Of a DNA stretch of 64,000 nt, positions 47,938 through 57,651 are shown one piece after another. Source of the DNA: Anaerolineales bacterium. GTDB lineage: Bacteria; Chloroflexota; Anaerolineae; UBA1429. The stretch is from positions 79-64,078 of the forward strand of contig JBKHJO010000008.1 of the NCBI GenBank assembly GCA_046538105.1. The letters run 5' to 3'. A model generated the notes under the pieces. That model did no database searches and was not told the DNA's origin. It was given only the letters and a program-made list of their open reading frames with translations. Position 1 is the stretch's first letter. Every line of letters begins with the position of its first letter. The translations under genes and the position numbers were made by a program.

Positions 47938-50523
47938 TTGCTTTTTCTGGAGGATGACGTGAGAAAACGACGGAACTGGGCGCGGACGTGGTTGTGGGGG
48001 ATGGTCGTCGCGCTGGTTATGGGCATCGTCTACTTTGGCGAGGCGTTTGTTGGCCGCGTTTACTATGGGGGCGATATCGCGCGCCAGTATATTCCGCAAC
48101 GTATCGTCTTGGCCCAAAGCCTGCGCGAGGGAGCGCTCCCCTGGTGGTCTTCCCATCTTGCTGTCGGCTATCCCATGTTGGCTGAGGGAGAAATCGGTGC
48201 CCTCTATCCACCGAATTGGATCCTCTCTCTCCTTTTTTCTCCAGAGATGGGTGTAACTCTGTCTATCCTCCTGCACTATCTCTTTGGGGGGATCGGCTTT
48301 TATCTATACACGCGATCGCTTCGTCTCTCAAAAGGGGCTTCGTGTTTGGGTGCCATCGTGTGGACGGTGGGAGGATTTAACGTCGCTCATCTGAATCACG
48401 TCGGTGTCATCAGCGTCACGGCCTGGCTGCCCTGGACCTTTTTATTGAGCCGTTCCCTGTTGGTCAAAGGTGCTCGGAATACCGGCCGTGAATGGTTGAC
48501 GATGGGGGGGCTGGGCCTGGTGGTGGGTCTCAAGTTCCTGGCCGGCCATCCCCAGATGGCCCTTTTGGGCAGCATTGCCCTGCTTTTCTATGTTCTTTTT
48601 CTCCTGTGTACCACCAAGCCTTCCGCAGGGAGCGTCCTGCGCTGGTGCGGGGGTATTTCGTTGGGAGTGCTTATAAGCCTGCCCCAACTTTTGCCCACCA
48701 TGGAGCTTGCCACTCTCTCTCAACGCGCGGGTGGATTGGAGGAAATCTTTTTTACGAGTTATTCCTTTCCTCCTTTGCTGCTGGCGACCTACGTCTCTCC
48801 CTTTTTTATGGGGAATCCCTATCCTGAGGGCTCGGTCGAAGTCATGTGTTATGTGGGCTTGCTTCCCCTCGTTCTGGCGCAGGTGGCGTTGTTCCGCTCA
48901 TCCAAGGACGAACGCTGGTTCTATTTTGCCTTGGGCCTTGTGGGGACGTTACTATCCTTTGGCGGCTGTAATCCCTTCTATCGTCACCTTCGATATGTTC
49001 CTTTGCTAAATCTGTTTCGCGTCCCTGCGCGCTACCTTTACTGGACTAGCCTCAGTCTGGCCATCCTCTCGGCTCTGGGAGCGGATGTTATACGGTCTGT
49101 AATATCTGAACGCATAACATCCAGAGGATGGCTGATCATGGTCATTCTTGGTCTGTCCTCGGTGGTCGTTATTGGGAGGGTATCCCTCGCCCCGGATGCT
49201 GATGGCTTGATCGCGGTCTGGCGCTGGCTTCCCCTGCTCTTGTCAGTACAGACGCTTCTGGTTATACTTTTCAGTGGGCACATTGGACGCGGCCTCTGGA
49301 TAATCGTGGCCTGTGCTGTGCTCTATGTGGACCTTTATGCCTACGGCGCCGTTCTCGATGCCACCTTTAATACCTCTTTCCCTCGGAATGAAATCGAGGC
49401 ACCGCAGTCCCTGGGCTTTTTTGCACAGGATGACACCCTGTACCGCATTCGCGTCAAAGAGGAGATCGTGCCCGTCCTCTCCGTAATGGAGGAATCCCTT
49501 TACCCCAATTTCTCCCTGACCTATGGCCTGTCCAGCACCAACATCTACCTCCCCCTGGTGCCCCGCGCGTACGAAAAATACGTGAAGGCTTTGACCCCTG
49601 GGCGGTTGAATGCTCTGAACGTCAAGTATTATCTGATCCCCCAGTTGCTGCCCGTGGATGAGGAGACCGAATTGTATGACGTGAGGAACCCTTTTTCCGC
49701 CCTGCCGACCGGGGAATGGGTCTCGTTCTCTCCAATGGTGATCGATGGCCTGGATATCGAATCCTATCTGAGCCATTCTGCAGATCTGGAAGATGGGGCG
49801 TTGGTGGGTGAGTTTCTCTTGCGGCGGGTTTCAGGGCAAGAGATAGTTATCCCCTTGAGGGCGGGGATGGAGACGGCCGAGTGGGCCTACGAGCGCCCTG
49901 ACGTGCGCGATGAGGTGGCCCATAGCATGCCCCAGGTGGCTTCTACATGGCCCGCGCGGTCTGGATTCCCCCCCGTAGATCACGTGGGGCACACCTATGG
50001 CGCTCATGTGGATGTTGATCCCGGCGAGGTGGAGGCTTTCAAGTTGCGTCTGTTGCACCCCGCGGCATTTGTGCGGGTGGAACGTGTGCGTCTGAAAGGA
50101 ACGGCGGGGGAGGATCACCTCCTGTCCCATCTCGTGGGTTTGGGAGATCATTCTATCGCCTATCGAAGCGAGGATGTGGTCATCTATCAAAACTATGACC
50201 TTCTGCCCCGAGCCTATATCGTGCCGGCTTCGGCACTGTCTGTCTCAGAGGGGGAACTCTCTCTGCCGCCTTCGCTGCGTGCGGAGGATGTGGAGACGGT
50301 GGAGATGCTGGTCTATGGGGACAGACGGGTAGAATTGCGCGCCAGTGTAAAGGAAGCCAGTTATCTTGTACTGGCGGATCAGGACTATCCGGGCTGGCGG
50401 GCGACGGTGGATGGTGTGCCTACGCCGATCCTTCCCATCGACGGTGTCTTTCGCGGCCTGCCCTTGTCACCCGGCGAGCACGATGTTATATTTACTTACC
50501 GTCCAACGTTTCTGTTCTTTTGA
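47938..50523 (+). CDS. YfhO-family polytopic membrane protein (GT-C-like glycosyltransferase) with a large C-terminal extracytoplasmic domain
   Basis: 861 aa ORF. About 13 TM helices span the first ~480 aa. A YfhO-like loop reads GGDIARQYIP. A ~380-aa soluble C-domain follows. Confidence 0.65.
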   Translation: MLFLEDDVRKRRNWARTWLWGMVVALVMGIVYFGEAFVGRVYYGGDIARQYIPQRIVLAQSLREGALPWWSSHLAVGYPMLAEGEIGALYPPNWILSLLFSPEMGVTLSILLHYLFGGIGFYLYTRSLRLSKGASCLGAIVWTVGGFNVAHLNHVGVISVTAWLPWTFLLSRSLLVKGARNTGREWLTMGGLGLVVGLKFLAGHPQMALLGSIALLFYVLFLLCTTKPSAGSVLRWCGGISLGVLISLPQLLPTMELATLSQRAGGLEEIFFTSYSFPPLLLATYVSPFFMGNPYPEGSVEVMCYVGLLPLVLAQVALFRSSKDERWFYFALGLVGTLLSFGGCNPFYRHLRYVPLLNLFRVPARYLYWTSLSLAILSALGADVIRSVISERITSRGWLIMVILGLSSVVVIGRVSLAPDADGLIAVWRWLPLLLSVQTLLVILFSGHIGRGLWIIVACAVLYVDLYAYGAVLDATFNTSFPRNEIEAPQSLGFFAQDDTLYRIRVKEEIVPVLSVMEESLYPNFSLTYGLSSTNIYLPLVPRAYEKYVKALTPGRLNALNVKYYLIPQLLPVDEETELYDVRNPFSALPTGEWVSFSPMVIDGLDIESYLSHSADLEDGALVGEFLLRRVSGQEIVIPLRAGMETAEWAYERPDVRDEVAHSMPQVASTWPARSGFPPVDHVGHTYGAHVDVDPGEVEAFKLRLLHPAAFVRVERVRLKGTAGEDHLLSHLVGLGDHSIAYRSEDVVIYQNYDLLPRAYIVPASALSVSEGELSLPPSLRAEDVETVEMLVYGDRRVELRASVKEASYLVLADQDYPGWRATVDGVPTPILPIDGVFRGLPLSPGEHDVIFTYRPTFLFF

Positions 50524-50598
50524 GCAAGCACAAGATATCCGCTTTGATTTCTTCTAGTTCCTCTCGTTTGGAGGAACCAAGACTGTGGAGGAAGAGAA

Positions 50599-51045
50599 AT
50601 GACTCTTGAATCTGTCCCCTTGGAAACCATCACGGAAGCGTCATTTGCCCCATTTGGTACGCTGGTAGATTGGACGCCTGTTCTGGAGGAGAGCAGGAAG
50701 CCGTTCCATATCCTCGTGCGTTCGGAGGTTCCCACCGGATGGCGCCTGGCGGTGCTAAAGGTAACCTCCCGCGCGGTGGAGCGTTTAGAAAACCATCCTC
50801 ACTCGGAGGAGCTTTTTGCTCCACTGGAAGGCCGCGCCGTCCTGGTGGTGGCCGAGGCAGGGGACCGGGAGGGAGGCGATGACGTGCATGCCTTTTTCCT
50901 CGACCGTCCCGTCAGCGTTGGTCCCGGTGTGTGGCATGATGTTTTCAGCCTGTCCGAGTTTGCGACCATCCTCATCGCCGAGAACCTGGAGGTGGGTGCC
51001 GAGTATTCTACCCTGCGTCGACCGGTCGGAGCGATATTCCAGTAA
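50599..51045 (+). CDS. Ureidoglycolate-lyase-like cupin (PF04115-like)
   Basis: 148 aa ORF. The cupin core reads ASFAPFGTLVD...HPHSEELFAPLEG. Confidence 0.55.
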   Translation: MTLESVPLETITEASFAPFGTLVDWTPVLEESRKPFHILVRSEVPTGWRLAVLKVTSRAVERLENHPHSEELFAPLEGRAVLVVAEAGDREGGDDVHAFFLDRPVSVGPGVWHDVFSLSEFATILIAENLEVGAEYSTLRRPVGAIFQ

Positions 51046-51128
51046 CGAATGCGCTACATGTAGGAGCCGGTCGATGCAGAAAGCGCCGATGGGGAGAATA
51101 GAAGCGTCTGAAAAAGGAGGCGGATACC

Positions 51129-52313
51129 ATGGAAATTATGTCGGCTGATATCTATGATGTGAACCTTTATCCCGATCAGCCCCTTTGGAATCCTGTGATT
51201 CTTCGTCTGACGACCGACGAGGGGATCTGTGGGGTGGGGGAGATCGCCCTGGCCTATGGTACGGGCAGCGCCGCTGGCGTGGGCATGCTCCAGCAGATGG
51301 TGGAACGTTTTGTCATCGGAAGCGAGGCAGGCCGCATTGAGGAGATGTGGCACACCCTTTTTCGGGGCACTTTTTGGGCGCAGGGCGGGGGTCCCGTCGT
51401 GTATGGAGCCATGAGTGCCATCGATGAGGCGCTGTGGGATATCAAGGGCAAGATCCTCGGACAACCCGTCTGTGAGTTGCTGGGTGGCAAGACCAATGAC
51501 GTGCTGCGGGTGTACGCCAATGGCTGGTACGCGGAGTATGATGAGCAAGGTAACCGCGTATCCTGTAGTACGCCAGAGGAATACGCCGAAGCGGCCCGTA
51601 GAGTTGTGGACGATGGCTATGATGCCCTCAAGTTTGATCCTTTTGCCGTGACGGCAGATGGTGAGTGGGAGTATACGGAGCGTGCTCTGCCCCGCGAGAG
51701 GGCCGATCTGGCCTATGAGCGGGTGGCCGCCGTGCGGCAGGCGGTGGGACCGGAGGTGGATATACTCGTCGAGGTTCACGGAAATCTTGGCACGACCGCG
51801 GCCATCGAAATGGGAAGACGGCTTGTGGAACTGGAACCTTTTTTTTATGAGGAACCTGTGGATGCCATGAATGTGGAGTGTATGCGCAAGGTGACCGAGA
51901 ACGTTTCCATCCCTATCGCTGCGGGGGAGAGACTCTACACGCGCTATGGATTCCGAGAATACATCGAGAAGCAGGCTCTGGACATCCTGCAGCCCGATAT
52001 GGGCTTGGCGGGAGGCATAACGGAAGTCAAAAAGATCGCTGCCCAGGCAGAGGTCTACGATCTTCATATCCAGCCCCACAATTGCGCGGGGCCCATCGCC
52101 ACGGCGGCGTCGGTGCAACTCGACGCCTGTATCACTAACTTTATTATCCAGGAATGGTTCCCCTACCGGGATCCCAGGTTTTACGAATTGGTGGAGGAAG
52201 CTTTTGAGTTACAGGTGGAGGATAGCCGCTTCACCGTGCCCGATACGCCAGGCCTGGGTGTGGTATTGAATGAAGAGGTCATGGAGACTTTTTCGTCCAT
52301 CCATATATCCTGA
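51129..52313 (+). CDS. Enolase-superfamily enzyme (mandelate racemase/muconate lactonizing family; D-mannonate/galactonate dehydratase-like)
   Basis: 394 aa ORF. The capping domain reads ALWDIKGKILGQPVCELLGG. Metal-ligand blocks are DILVEVHGN, FYEEP and D. Confidence 0.8.
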   Translation: MEIMSADIYDVNLYPDQPLWNPVILRLTTDEGICGVGEIALAYGTGSAAGVGMLQQMVERFVIGSEAGRIEEMWHTLFRGTFWAQGGGPVVYGAMSAIDEALWDIKGKILGQPVCELLGGKTNDVLRVYANGWYAEYDEQGNRVSCSTPEEYAEAARRVVDDGYDALKFDPFAVTADGEWEYTERALPRERADLAYERVAAVRQAVGPEVDILVEVHGNLGTTAAIEMGRRLVELEPFFYEEPVDAMNVECMRKVTENVSIPIAAGERLYTRYGFREYIEKQALDILQPDMGLAGGITEVKKIAAQAEVYDLHIQPHNCAGPIATAASVQLDACITNFIIQEWFPYRDPRFYELVEEAFELQVEDSRFTVPDTPGLGVVLNEEVMETFSSIHIS

Positions 52314-52378
52314 AGCCTTGTCTAGCGAACACATCGTCGCAATCGCGCCCCTCGCTCCGCGTGAGTGCGGGGCGTGAT

Positions 52379-53080
52379 CTATAATACGGATTCTATCCCA
52401 TAGTCTGGCTTGAACTCTTGCATCTTGCCTGTTACTGTGAATACCACTCGCTCGCAAATATTGGTCACGCGATCAGCGGTACGTTCCAGGTTGTGGGCTG
52501 CCCACATTAGATAGTTGGCCTGTTCCATCCTACATGCGTCGTCGCTGATATATTGCAGCAAATTCTCATATACCGTATTATACAGGGTGTCTACCGCATC
52601 ATCCTCTGGGGGGATGGCCCTGGCCATATCCACGTCCTGCCGCATAAAGGCGTCGACGGAACGATGAAGCATTGCCTGCGCCTTATCTGCCATCTGCGAT
52701 ATCTCTACCGGGGGCTCGATCAAGCGCGTCTCGCCCATGAGGAGATTGATCTTGGCAATACCCTTGGCATAGTCTCCCATATGTTCCAGTTCCGTTGTCA
52801 GTTCCAGCATGGCCGCCAAGAGGCGGAGATCGCTAGCCATGGGCTGCTGGGTGGCGATGAGCATCAGGATGTCGGACTCGATATCGAAGCGACGCTCGTT
52901 GATCTCTTTATCCTCGGATATCATATCCCGAGATCCTTGCAGATCGCCCCGCATTAGGGCATCCACTGCCTCGATAATCGCCTCTTCGACTTCTTTGCCC
53001 AGTTGGGAGATGCGGCCTTTTATGTTCTCAAGATCCTCCTGAAAAGATTCTCTTACCATATTATCCAGTTTTCCTCTCAT
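52379..53080 (-). CDS. phoU: Phosphate-signalling complex protein PhoU homolog
   Basis: 233 aa ORF with two PhoU repeats (E..ELEHMGDYAK..; ..HNLERTADRVTNI). The start ATG overlaps the TGA of the upstream HD-domain gene (ATGA). An alternative start lies at 53059. Confidence 0.8.
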   Translation of the reverse strand: MRGKLDNMVRESFQEDLENIKGRISQLGKEVEEAIIEAVDALMRGDLQGSRDMISEDKEINERRFDIESDILMLIATQQPMASDLRLLAAMLELTTELEHMGDYAKGIAKINLLMGETRLIEPPVEISQMADKAQAMLHRSVDAFMRQDVDMARAIPPEDDAVDTLYNTVYENLLQYISDDACRMEQANYLMWAAHNLERTADRVTNICERVVFTVTGKMQEFKPDYGIESVL

Positions 53081-53865
53081 AGTTCATAGATTTCAAATAA
53101 ACGGGGCTCAAGTTCTCCTTCGATGCGCGCTGTGACCTCCACATAGGGGGACAGGGTGGAGTTGTGTAACTTGCGTTTCAAAAGTTCATCGATCTGAAAG
53201 ATGCCCGCCGAGTTCCGCAGGCGAATCGATATGCGTACCGGCCGTTCCTTGCCCGCCTCAATGCTCACCTCCTCGACAGCCAGCGCGGAGATAGAGTGTA
53301 TATTTATCTCTCCCGCTTCAAAGGGGATGCGAGAGCGTCCCTCGGTCATGTCCAGGGCATCGGCTACTTTGACTGCGCCTGCTTCCAGTGTCAGGCATGG
53401 GGTGTCCCAGTGATGGGCGATGATGGCATGGAGCGTCTCGGCGACCATAATCGTCAGTATAGGCTCTTGGTATATCTCGCTCAGAAACTCTCGCGCTTTG
53501 GGATGTGCCAGAATGAGGCTGTGTTGCTCGTGGTTGTCGCGGTGTACGGCAATGCCGATATCGTGCAGGCACGCTCCCAGAACGACGATAACTTCGGCGT
53601 CTTCTTCTGTCAGTTCATGGTCCGCCACCACGCTTGGTTCTATCCCCGCTTCCACCAGAAGGCGTAATATGCGCAGCGCAGCATTGGCCACGATACGGAT
53701 GTGTACCTCGCCATGATCGTTCAGACCGGCACGATCTACCGCATTGATATTGGCGCACGTGTAGAGTTGAAACAGGCTCGCGTCGGTGTTTACCCTTTCC
53801 ATGATGCGCCGGAGGTTTTTGTTGTGCCTTGTGGGCACCTTTATGCTCATGGCCCTCCTTGGCAA
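53077..53865 (-). CDS. HD-domain phosphohydrolase-family protein
   Basis: 262 aa ORF. The His-Asp metal-site context is HGEVH...HDIG. Confidence 0.65.
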   Translation of the reverse strand: MPRRAMSIKVPTRHNKNLRRIMERVNTDASLFQLYTCANINAVDRAGLNDHGEVHIRIVANAALRILRLLVEAGIEPSVVADHELTEEDAEVIVVLGACLHDIGIAVHRDNHEQHSLILAHPKAREFLSEIYQEPILTIMVAETLHAIIAHHWDTPCLTLEAGAVKVADALDMTEGRSRIPFEAGEINIHSISALAVEEVSIEAGKERPVRISIRLRNSAGIFQIDELLKRKLHNSTLSPYVEVTARIEGELEPRLFEIYEL

Positions 53866-53902
53866 ATTCTGCAGTCGTCCCTCAGGTGTGCTCGTCCTCT
53901 AT

Positions 53903-54730
53903 TTACCATATCTTTTCCAGAGAAAGCGCCGTTTCTTTGATGGCCTCCTCGTCGCGCAGAGAGCGTATGCGTTCGCTGAATGGTTCCACGATCACGGGCC
54001 CGCTATAATCCATGCGGCAGAGTTCTCCCATAAAAGTTTCGATGTCGATCACGCCTGTCTCGCCGGGCATTGCTCGTACGGGGTCCAATTGTTCGTCACG
54101 CGGCACACCGGCGGGGGCGTCGTTGACGTGCACGGCCACCACCAGTTCGTCGGACAGCTTTTGTAGGTCTCTGGCCGTCCCGCCCGATGTGTACCAATGG
54201 TAGCTGTCCAGCAGAAATCCCAGATTTTCAGCGTCCACGGCGCGTATGAGTTCCAGGAGTCCGTCGATATCGTGGATAAAGGGGTTAGGGTTGCCCTCAC
54301 GGGATGTCTTGGGACCCACAAATTCCAGCCCATAGCGCATATCGTACTCGCCCAGCACCTCACAGATGCGCGTCGTACGGTCCCGCAATTGTTCAAAGTG
54401 CTCCTCGAAAGAAAGGGTTTCGTGCCAGGGCTTGAACCACGTGGCCGCCCGCTTGCATCCCAGGCGGGACATATTCTGAGCAAAGGCCGGCAGATTCTCC
54501 ATGTCGGCCTCAAAGGTGGCGTCGTCCTCACGAAAGTTGACGGGTATACCTGTCAACCCGGGTAGCAGATCGTTCACTTCCAATATCTGACGCATCGTCT
54601 TCACGCCCATGCGTTTGATGTCGTCCCCACTTACCGTGATGCCTTCGAAACCGTATTCGGCGGCAAGCCTGGCGCTTTCTTCAAAAGGGAGTTCCACGCC
54701 AATCGGTCCGGGTGCCAATGTCTTGTACAT
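53903..54730 (-). CDS. Sugar phosphate isomerase/epimerase (xylose isomerase-like TIM barrel), second copy
   Basis: 275 aa ORF. Conserved blocks are GFEGI, HVND and VEPF. Confidence 0.75.
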   Translation of the reverse strand: MYKTLAPGPIGVELPFEESARLAAEYGFEGITVSGDDIKRMGVKTMRQILEVNDLLPGLTGIPVNFREDDATFEADMENLPAFAQNMSRLGCKRAATWFKPWHETLSFEEHFEQLRDRTTRICEVLGEYDMRYGLEFVGPKTSREGNPNPFIHDIDGLLELIRAVDAENLGFLLDSYHWYTSGGTARDLQKLSDELVVAVHVNDAPAGVPRDEQLDPVRAMPGETGVIDIETFMGELCRMDYSGPVIVEPFSERIRSLRDEEAIKETALSLEKIW

Positions 54731-54970
54731 TCTGCTGTCCCCCGCTTATCACTACGTATCTCGATGATATTATACATCGTTTCACCGTCTGTAAAAGTCC
54801 TTTCGTTCGCCTTCAGGCCATCGGTAAGGACGAGAATGGAGAATTGGGGCTGGGGGGCATTTATGGTATCGTTCTATAGAATAGTTCTTTGGGGACATTT
54901 TCCATCTTTCCTGTCCGGCAGACAAAACTCCCATCGATCGGTTCAAGACCGACAGGAGTTCTCGTCTATA

Positions 54971-55042
54971 TACCCCAGGAGGGAATCGAACCCCCGCTCA
55001 AGGTTTAGGAAACCTCTGCTCTATCCACTGAGCTACTGGGGC
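54971..55042 (-). tRNA. tRNA-Arg (anticodon CCT)
   Basis: Manual fold of the reverse complement. Acceptor GCCCCAG / CTGGGGT (G1-U72 wobble). D-arm GCTC-AGTGGATA-GAGC. Anticodon arm GAGGT-TTCCTAA-ACCTT. T-arm GGGGG-TTCGATT-CCCTC. Discriminator A. Confidence 0.8.
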
Positions 55043-55071
55043 TTACCGCAAAAGTATATCATAAACGTTTA

Positions 55072-56241
55072 TTGATGACAAGAATACGTCACATCTTGGA
55101 ATACGTCATGTATACGGTTCGTATGAATCGGCCGTTGCGCTATCTGCTGCGCGGCGTGGTGCTACTTTTCGTCGTGTGGATGCTGAATGTGCCCCCCCAG
55201 GTGAGGGTGGTGCTGGGCCCCCAACGTCACGTGGAGACGACGAACACGCGCATGGGGGTACACACCCGCCTCACAGATGAGGTTGAGGAATGGAAGATAA
55301 AGCGCACCCTGGAGATGGTGCGGGAGATGGGAAGCCCCTGGATTGTGGAATATTTTCCTTGGGCTTATCATGAACCTCGAAAGGGCAACTATCGATGGGA
55401 TCACGCCGACGTGGTGGTGGATCATGCTGTACGGCAGGGATTGACGCTCATCGCACGTATCGATTTTGTGCCCTCTTGGGCGCGGCCCGAGGATACCACC
55501 TCTCGTTATCTCGATCGCCCCCATTTTGACGACTATGCAGATTTTGTCCGCGCCTTTGCCGGGCATTTTGCGGGGCGAATCGATCATATCATCATATGGA
55601 ACGAACCCAATCTGAGTTTTGAATGGGGATATCGTCCTCCTGATCCTGAGGCCTATGCTGATCTCCTTTGTCGGAGTTACAGGGCGGCCAAGGAGGGGAA
55701 TCCTCAGGTCGAGGTGCTGGCGGCGGGTCTCGCTCCCACCCTGGCGCCCCCCGGCAATGAATGGGGGATGGACGATCTCCATTTTCTGGAGCGTATGTAC
55801 GAGGCTGGAGCGGGTGATTGTCTTGATGGCCTGGCCTTGCACGCCTACGGACTGACCTTCTCTCCCGACGATCCCGCTGATCCGGAGGTGTTGAATTTCG
55901 CCCGTGTGGAGCTATACCGCGACATCATGGTACGATATGGGGCCGATCACAAGCCCTGTTATATCACAGAGGGGGGCTGGAATGACCATCCACGATGGAC
56001 CAAGGCGGTGCGTCCCTATCAGCGTATCGCTTATACCATTCGCGCCTATGAAAAGGCCCAAGCGGATTGGCCCTGGTGTCGTGCCGTATGTCTGTGGGCC
56101 TTTCGCTTTCCCCGGCCAGAGAATACCTATCAGGACTATTTTACCTTTGTGACTCCGGAGTTTATTCCCAAACCGATCTACACAGAGGTGGAAAATTACG
56201 CTCACGGCGACCCCTTTGAGTATCTGGAGGTTGAGAGATGA
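55072..56241 (+). CDS. Membrane-anchored clan GH-A glycoside hydrolase (GH5/GH39-like TIM barrel)
   Basis: 389 aa ORF. The N-terminal TM anchor is LRYLLRGVVLLFVVWML. The catalytic-acid block is IDHIIIWNEPNL. The candidate nucleophile region is YITEGGW. Confidence 0.6.
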   Translation: MMTRIRHILEYVMYTVRMNRPLRYLLRGVVLLFVVWMLNVPPQVRVVLGPQRHVETTNTRMGVHTRLTDEVEEWKIKRTLEMVREMGSPWIVEYFPWAYHEPRKGNYRWDHADVVVDHAVRQGLTLIARIDFVPSWARPEDTTSRYLDRPHFDDYADFVRAFAGHFAGRIDHIIIWNEPNLSFEWGYRPPDPEAYADLLCRSYRAAKEGNPQVEVLAAGLAPTLAPPGNEWGMDDLHFLERMYEAGAGDCLDGLALHAYGLTFSPDDPADPEVLNFARVELYRDIMVRYGADHKPCYITEGGWNDHPRWTKAVRPYQRIAYTIRAYEKAQADWPWCRAVCLWAFRFPRPENTYQDYFTFVTPEFIPKPIYTEVENYAHGDPFEYLEVER

Positions 56242-57068
56242 GTCAGGGTGGTAAAGGTAACGAAGATCTGCCAGACATACTAAAGTGGGCCTGGTTTGTT
56301 GTATCGTCCCTGCTGCTGATCTTCCTGATTCCCAACGTCGGGTGTTCGCAGTGGGGGATGGGAAAGGGGGACGGAACCTGGCAGCGCATCCAGGCGCAGG
56401 GGGTGCTGCGTGTGGGGATGGACGCCAGTTATCCCCCCTTTGAGTCGATTGACGAGGAGGGAGAGTTTGTGGGCTATGACGTGGATTTGGCCCGGGAATT
56501 GGCCCGTCGATGGGATGTGGAGGTTCAGTTTTTCGATATCCACTTTGACGGGCTGTATGACGCCCTTTGCGCCAAAAAGGTGGACCTCCTCGTCTCCGCG
56601 TTACCCCATGATCGCACCCTGACAGAGGATATTCTTTATAGTGAACCTTATTTCAACGCCGGCCAGGTGTTGGTCGTGCCTCAAGGGGAGATTTCCATCC
56701 GTGCAGTGGAGGACCTTGAGGGTAAACGGGTCGCCGTGGAGTTGGGCGCAGAGGCACATCAGTTGCTGCTTCAGATGGTGCGGGATCGAGGAGTGTCTGC
56801 CGATATTATTACGGGACGCCAGCCTGAGGAGATGTTCTCCCTTCTGAAAAAGGGAGATGTGGATGCCTTGATCTGTGATCGTGTGACGGCCTATGGGAAT
56901 GTGAAGGGAGAGGCCTTGCACATCGTGGAGCCGACCCTGACCAGCGCACCTTTTGTCATGGCTGCCCACGCGGATTCTCCGGTGCTTATAAGTAAAGTCG
57001 ACGAGGCTCTCAAAGTGTGGCGGGAAAACGGTTTCCTGGTCGATTTGGAGAAACGCTGGCTGCGCTAA
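56238..57068 (+). CDS. Solute-binding lipoprotein of a polar amino-acid-type ABC transporter (SBP_bac_3 family). Orphan, with no adjacent permease or ATPase.
   Basis: 276 aa ORF. The lipobox is LIPNVGCS. Type-II PBP blocks are LRVGMDASYPPFES and GYDVDLAREL. The start overlaps the upstream stop (ATGA). Confidence 0.75.
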   Translation: MSQGGKGNEDLPDILKWAWFVVSSLLLIFLIPNVGCSQWGMGKGDGTWQRIQAQGVLRVGMDASYPPFESIDEEGEFVGYDVDLARELARRWDVEVQFFDIHFDGLYDALCAKKVDLLVSALPHDRTLTEDILYSEPYFNAGQVLVVPQGEISIRAVEDLEGKRVAVELGAEAHQLLLQMVRDRGVSADIITGRQPEEMFSLLKKGDVDALICDRVTAYGNVKGEALHIVEPTLTSAPFVMAAHADSPVLISKVDEALKVWRENGFLVDLEKRWLR

Positions 57069-57075
57069 AGACTTT

Positions 57076-57633
57076 TTGACGCCTTATCTTCCCTGTGTTA
57101 GGATGGCGCCATTGGAGAAGGGGAGAGTATATGGGGATTCCAGATGTCAGAATAACCGAGGGTCAAAAGTGACGATGGAACGTCGAGCGCTGGATATCAA
57201 GCGAGACTATGAGGCGCTGTTGAATATGCAGCGTCTCAGTTGGGATATAAACTTTCCCACGCTAGAATTTAATAAAGAAGCTTTTCACCGTTCTCTTTGT
57301 GATGCTGCCCGTCGTGAGGAGGTCTATATTTACGAAATCGACGGTGAGATAGTTGGTTGGCTGTGGCTCGATCTGCGGACGCCTCCGCTTGGCGGCCACG
57401 TGCGACACATCCAGGTGGAGCGACGGCGTTGGGGGCAGGGGGTAGGGCGAGCGATCATGGAAGATGCCATATCCCTTTGCTGCGAAAAGAGATGCCCCCA
57501 TATCACGCTGAACGTGACCAAATCGAATGCCAAGGCTGTGCGTCTTTATAAGCACTTGGGCTTTGAGCCCGTTAACGATCACGGCGAGCGCATGCGCATG
57601 AAGCGGGAACTGGAGGATCAGCAGGTGGTCTGA
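57076..57633 (+). CDS. GNAT-family N-acetyltransferase
   Basis: Motif A is RRRWGQGVGRAIMEDAI. The more likely start is the ATG near 57175 (MERRALDIK). Confidence 0.7.
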   Translation: MTPYLPCVRMAPLEKGRVYGDSRCQNNRGSKVTMERRALDIKRDYEALLNMQRLSWDINFPTLEFNKEAFHRSLCDAARREEVYIYEIDGEIVGWLWLDLRTPPLGGHVRHIQVERRRWGQGVGRAIMEDAISLCCEKRCPHITLNVTKSNAKAVRLYKHLGFEPVNDHGERMRMKRELEDQQVV

Positions 57634-57651
57634 ACTGTTCGCTCGGACCGC

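Noticed and set aside
52342-52378. 10-bp stem (ATCGCGCCCC / GGGGCGTGAT with one G-U pair) between the enolase gene and phoU
   Set aside because: Plausible bidirectional terminator, but no flanking U-rich tract on either strand.
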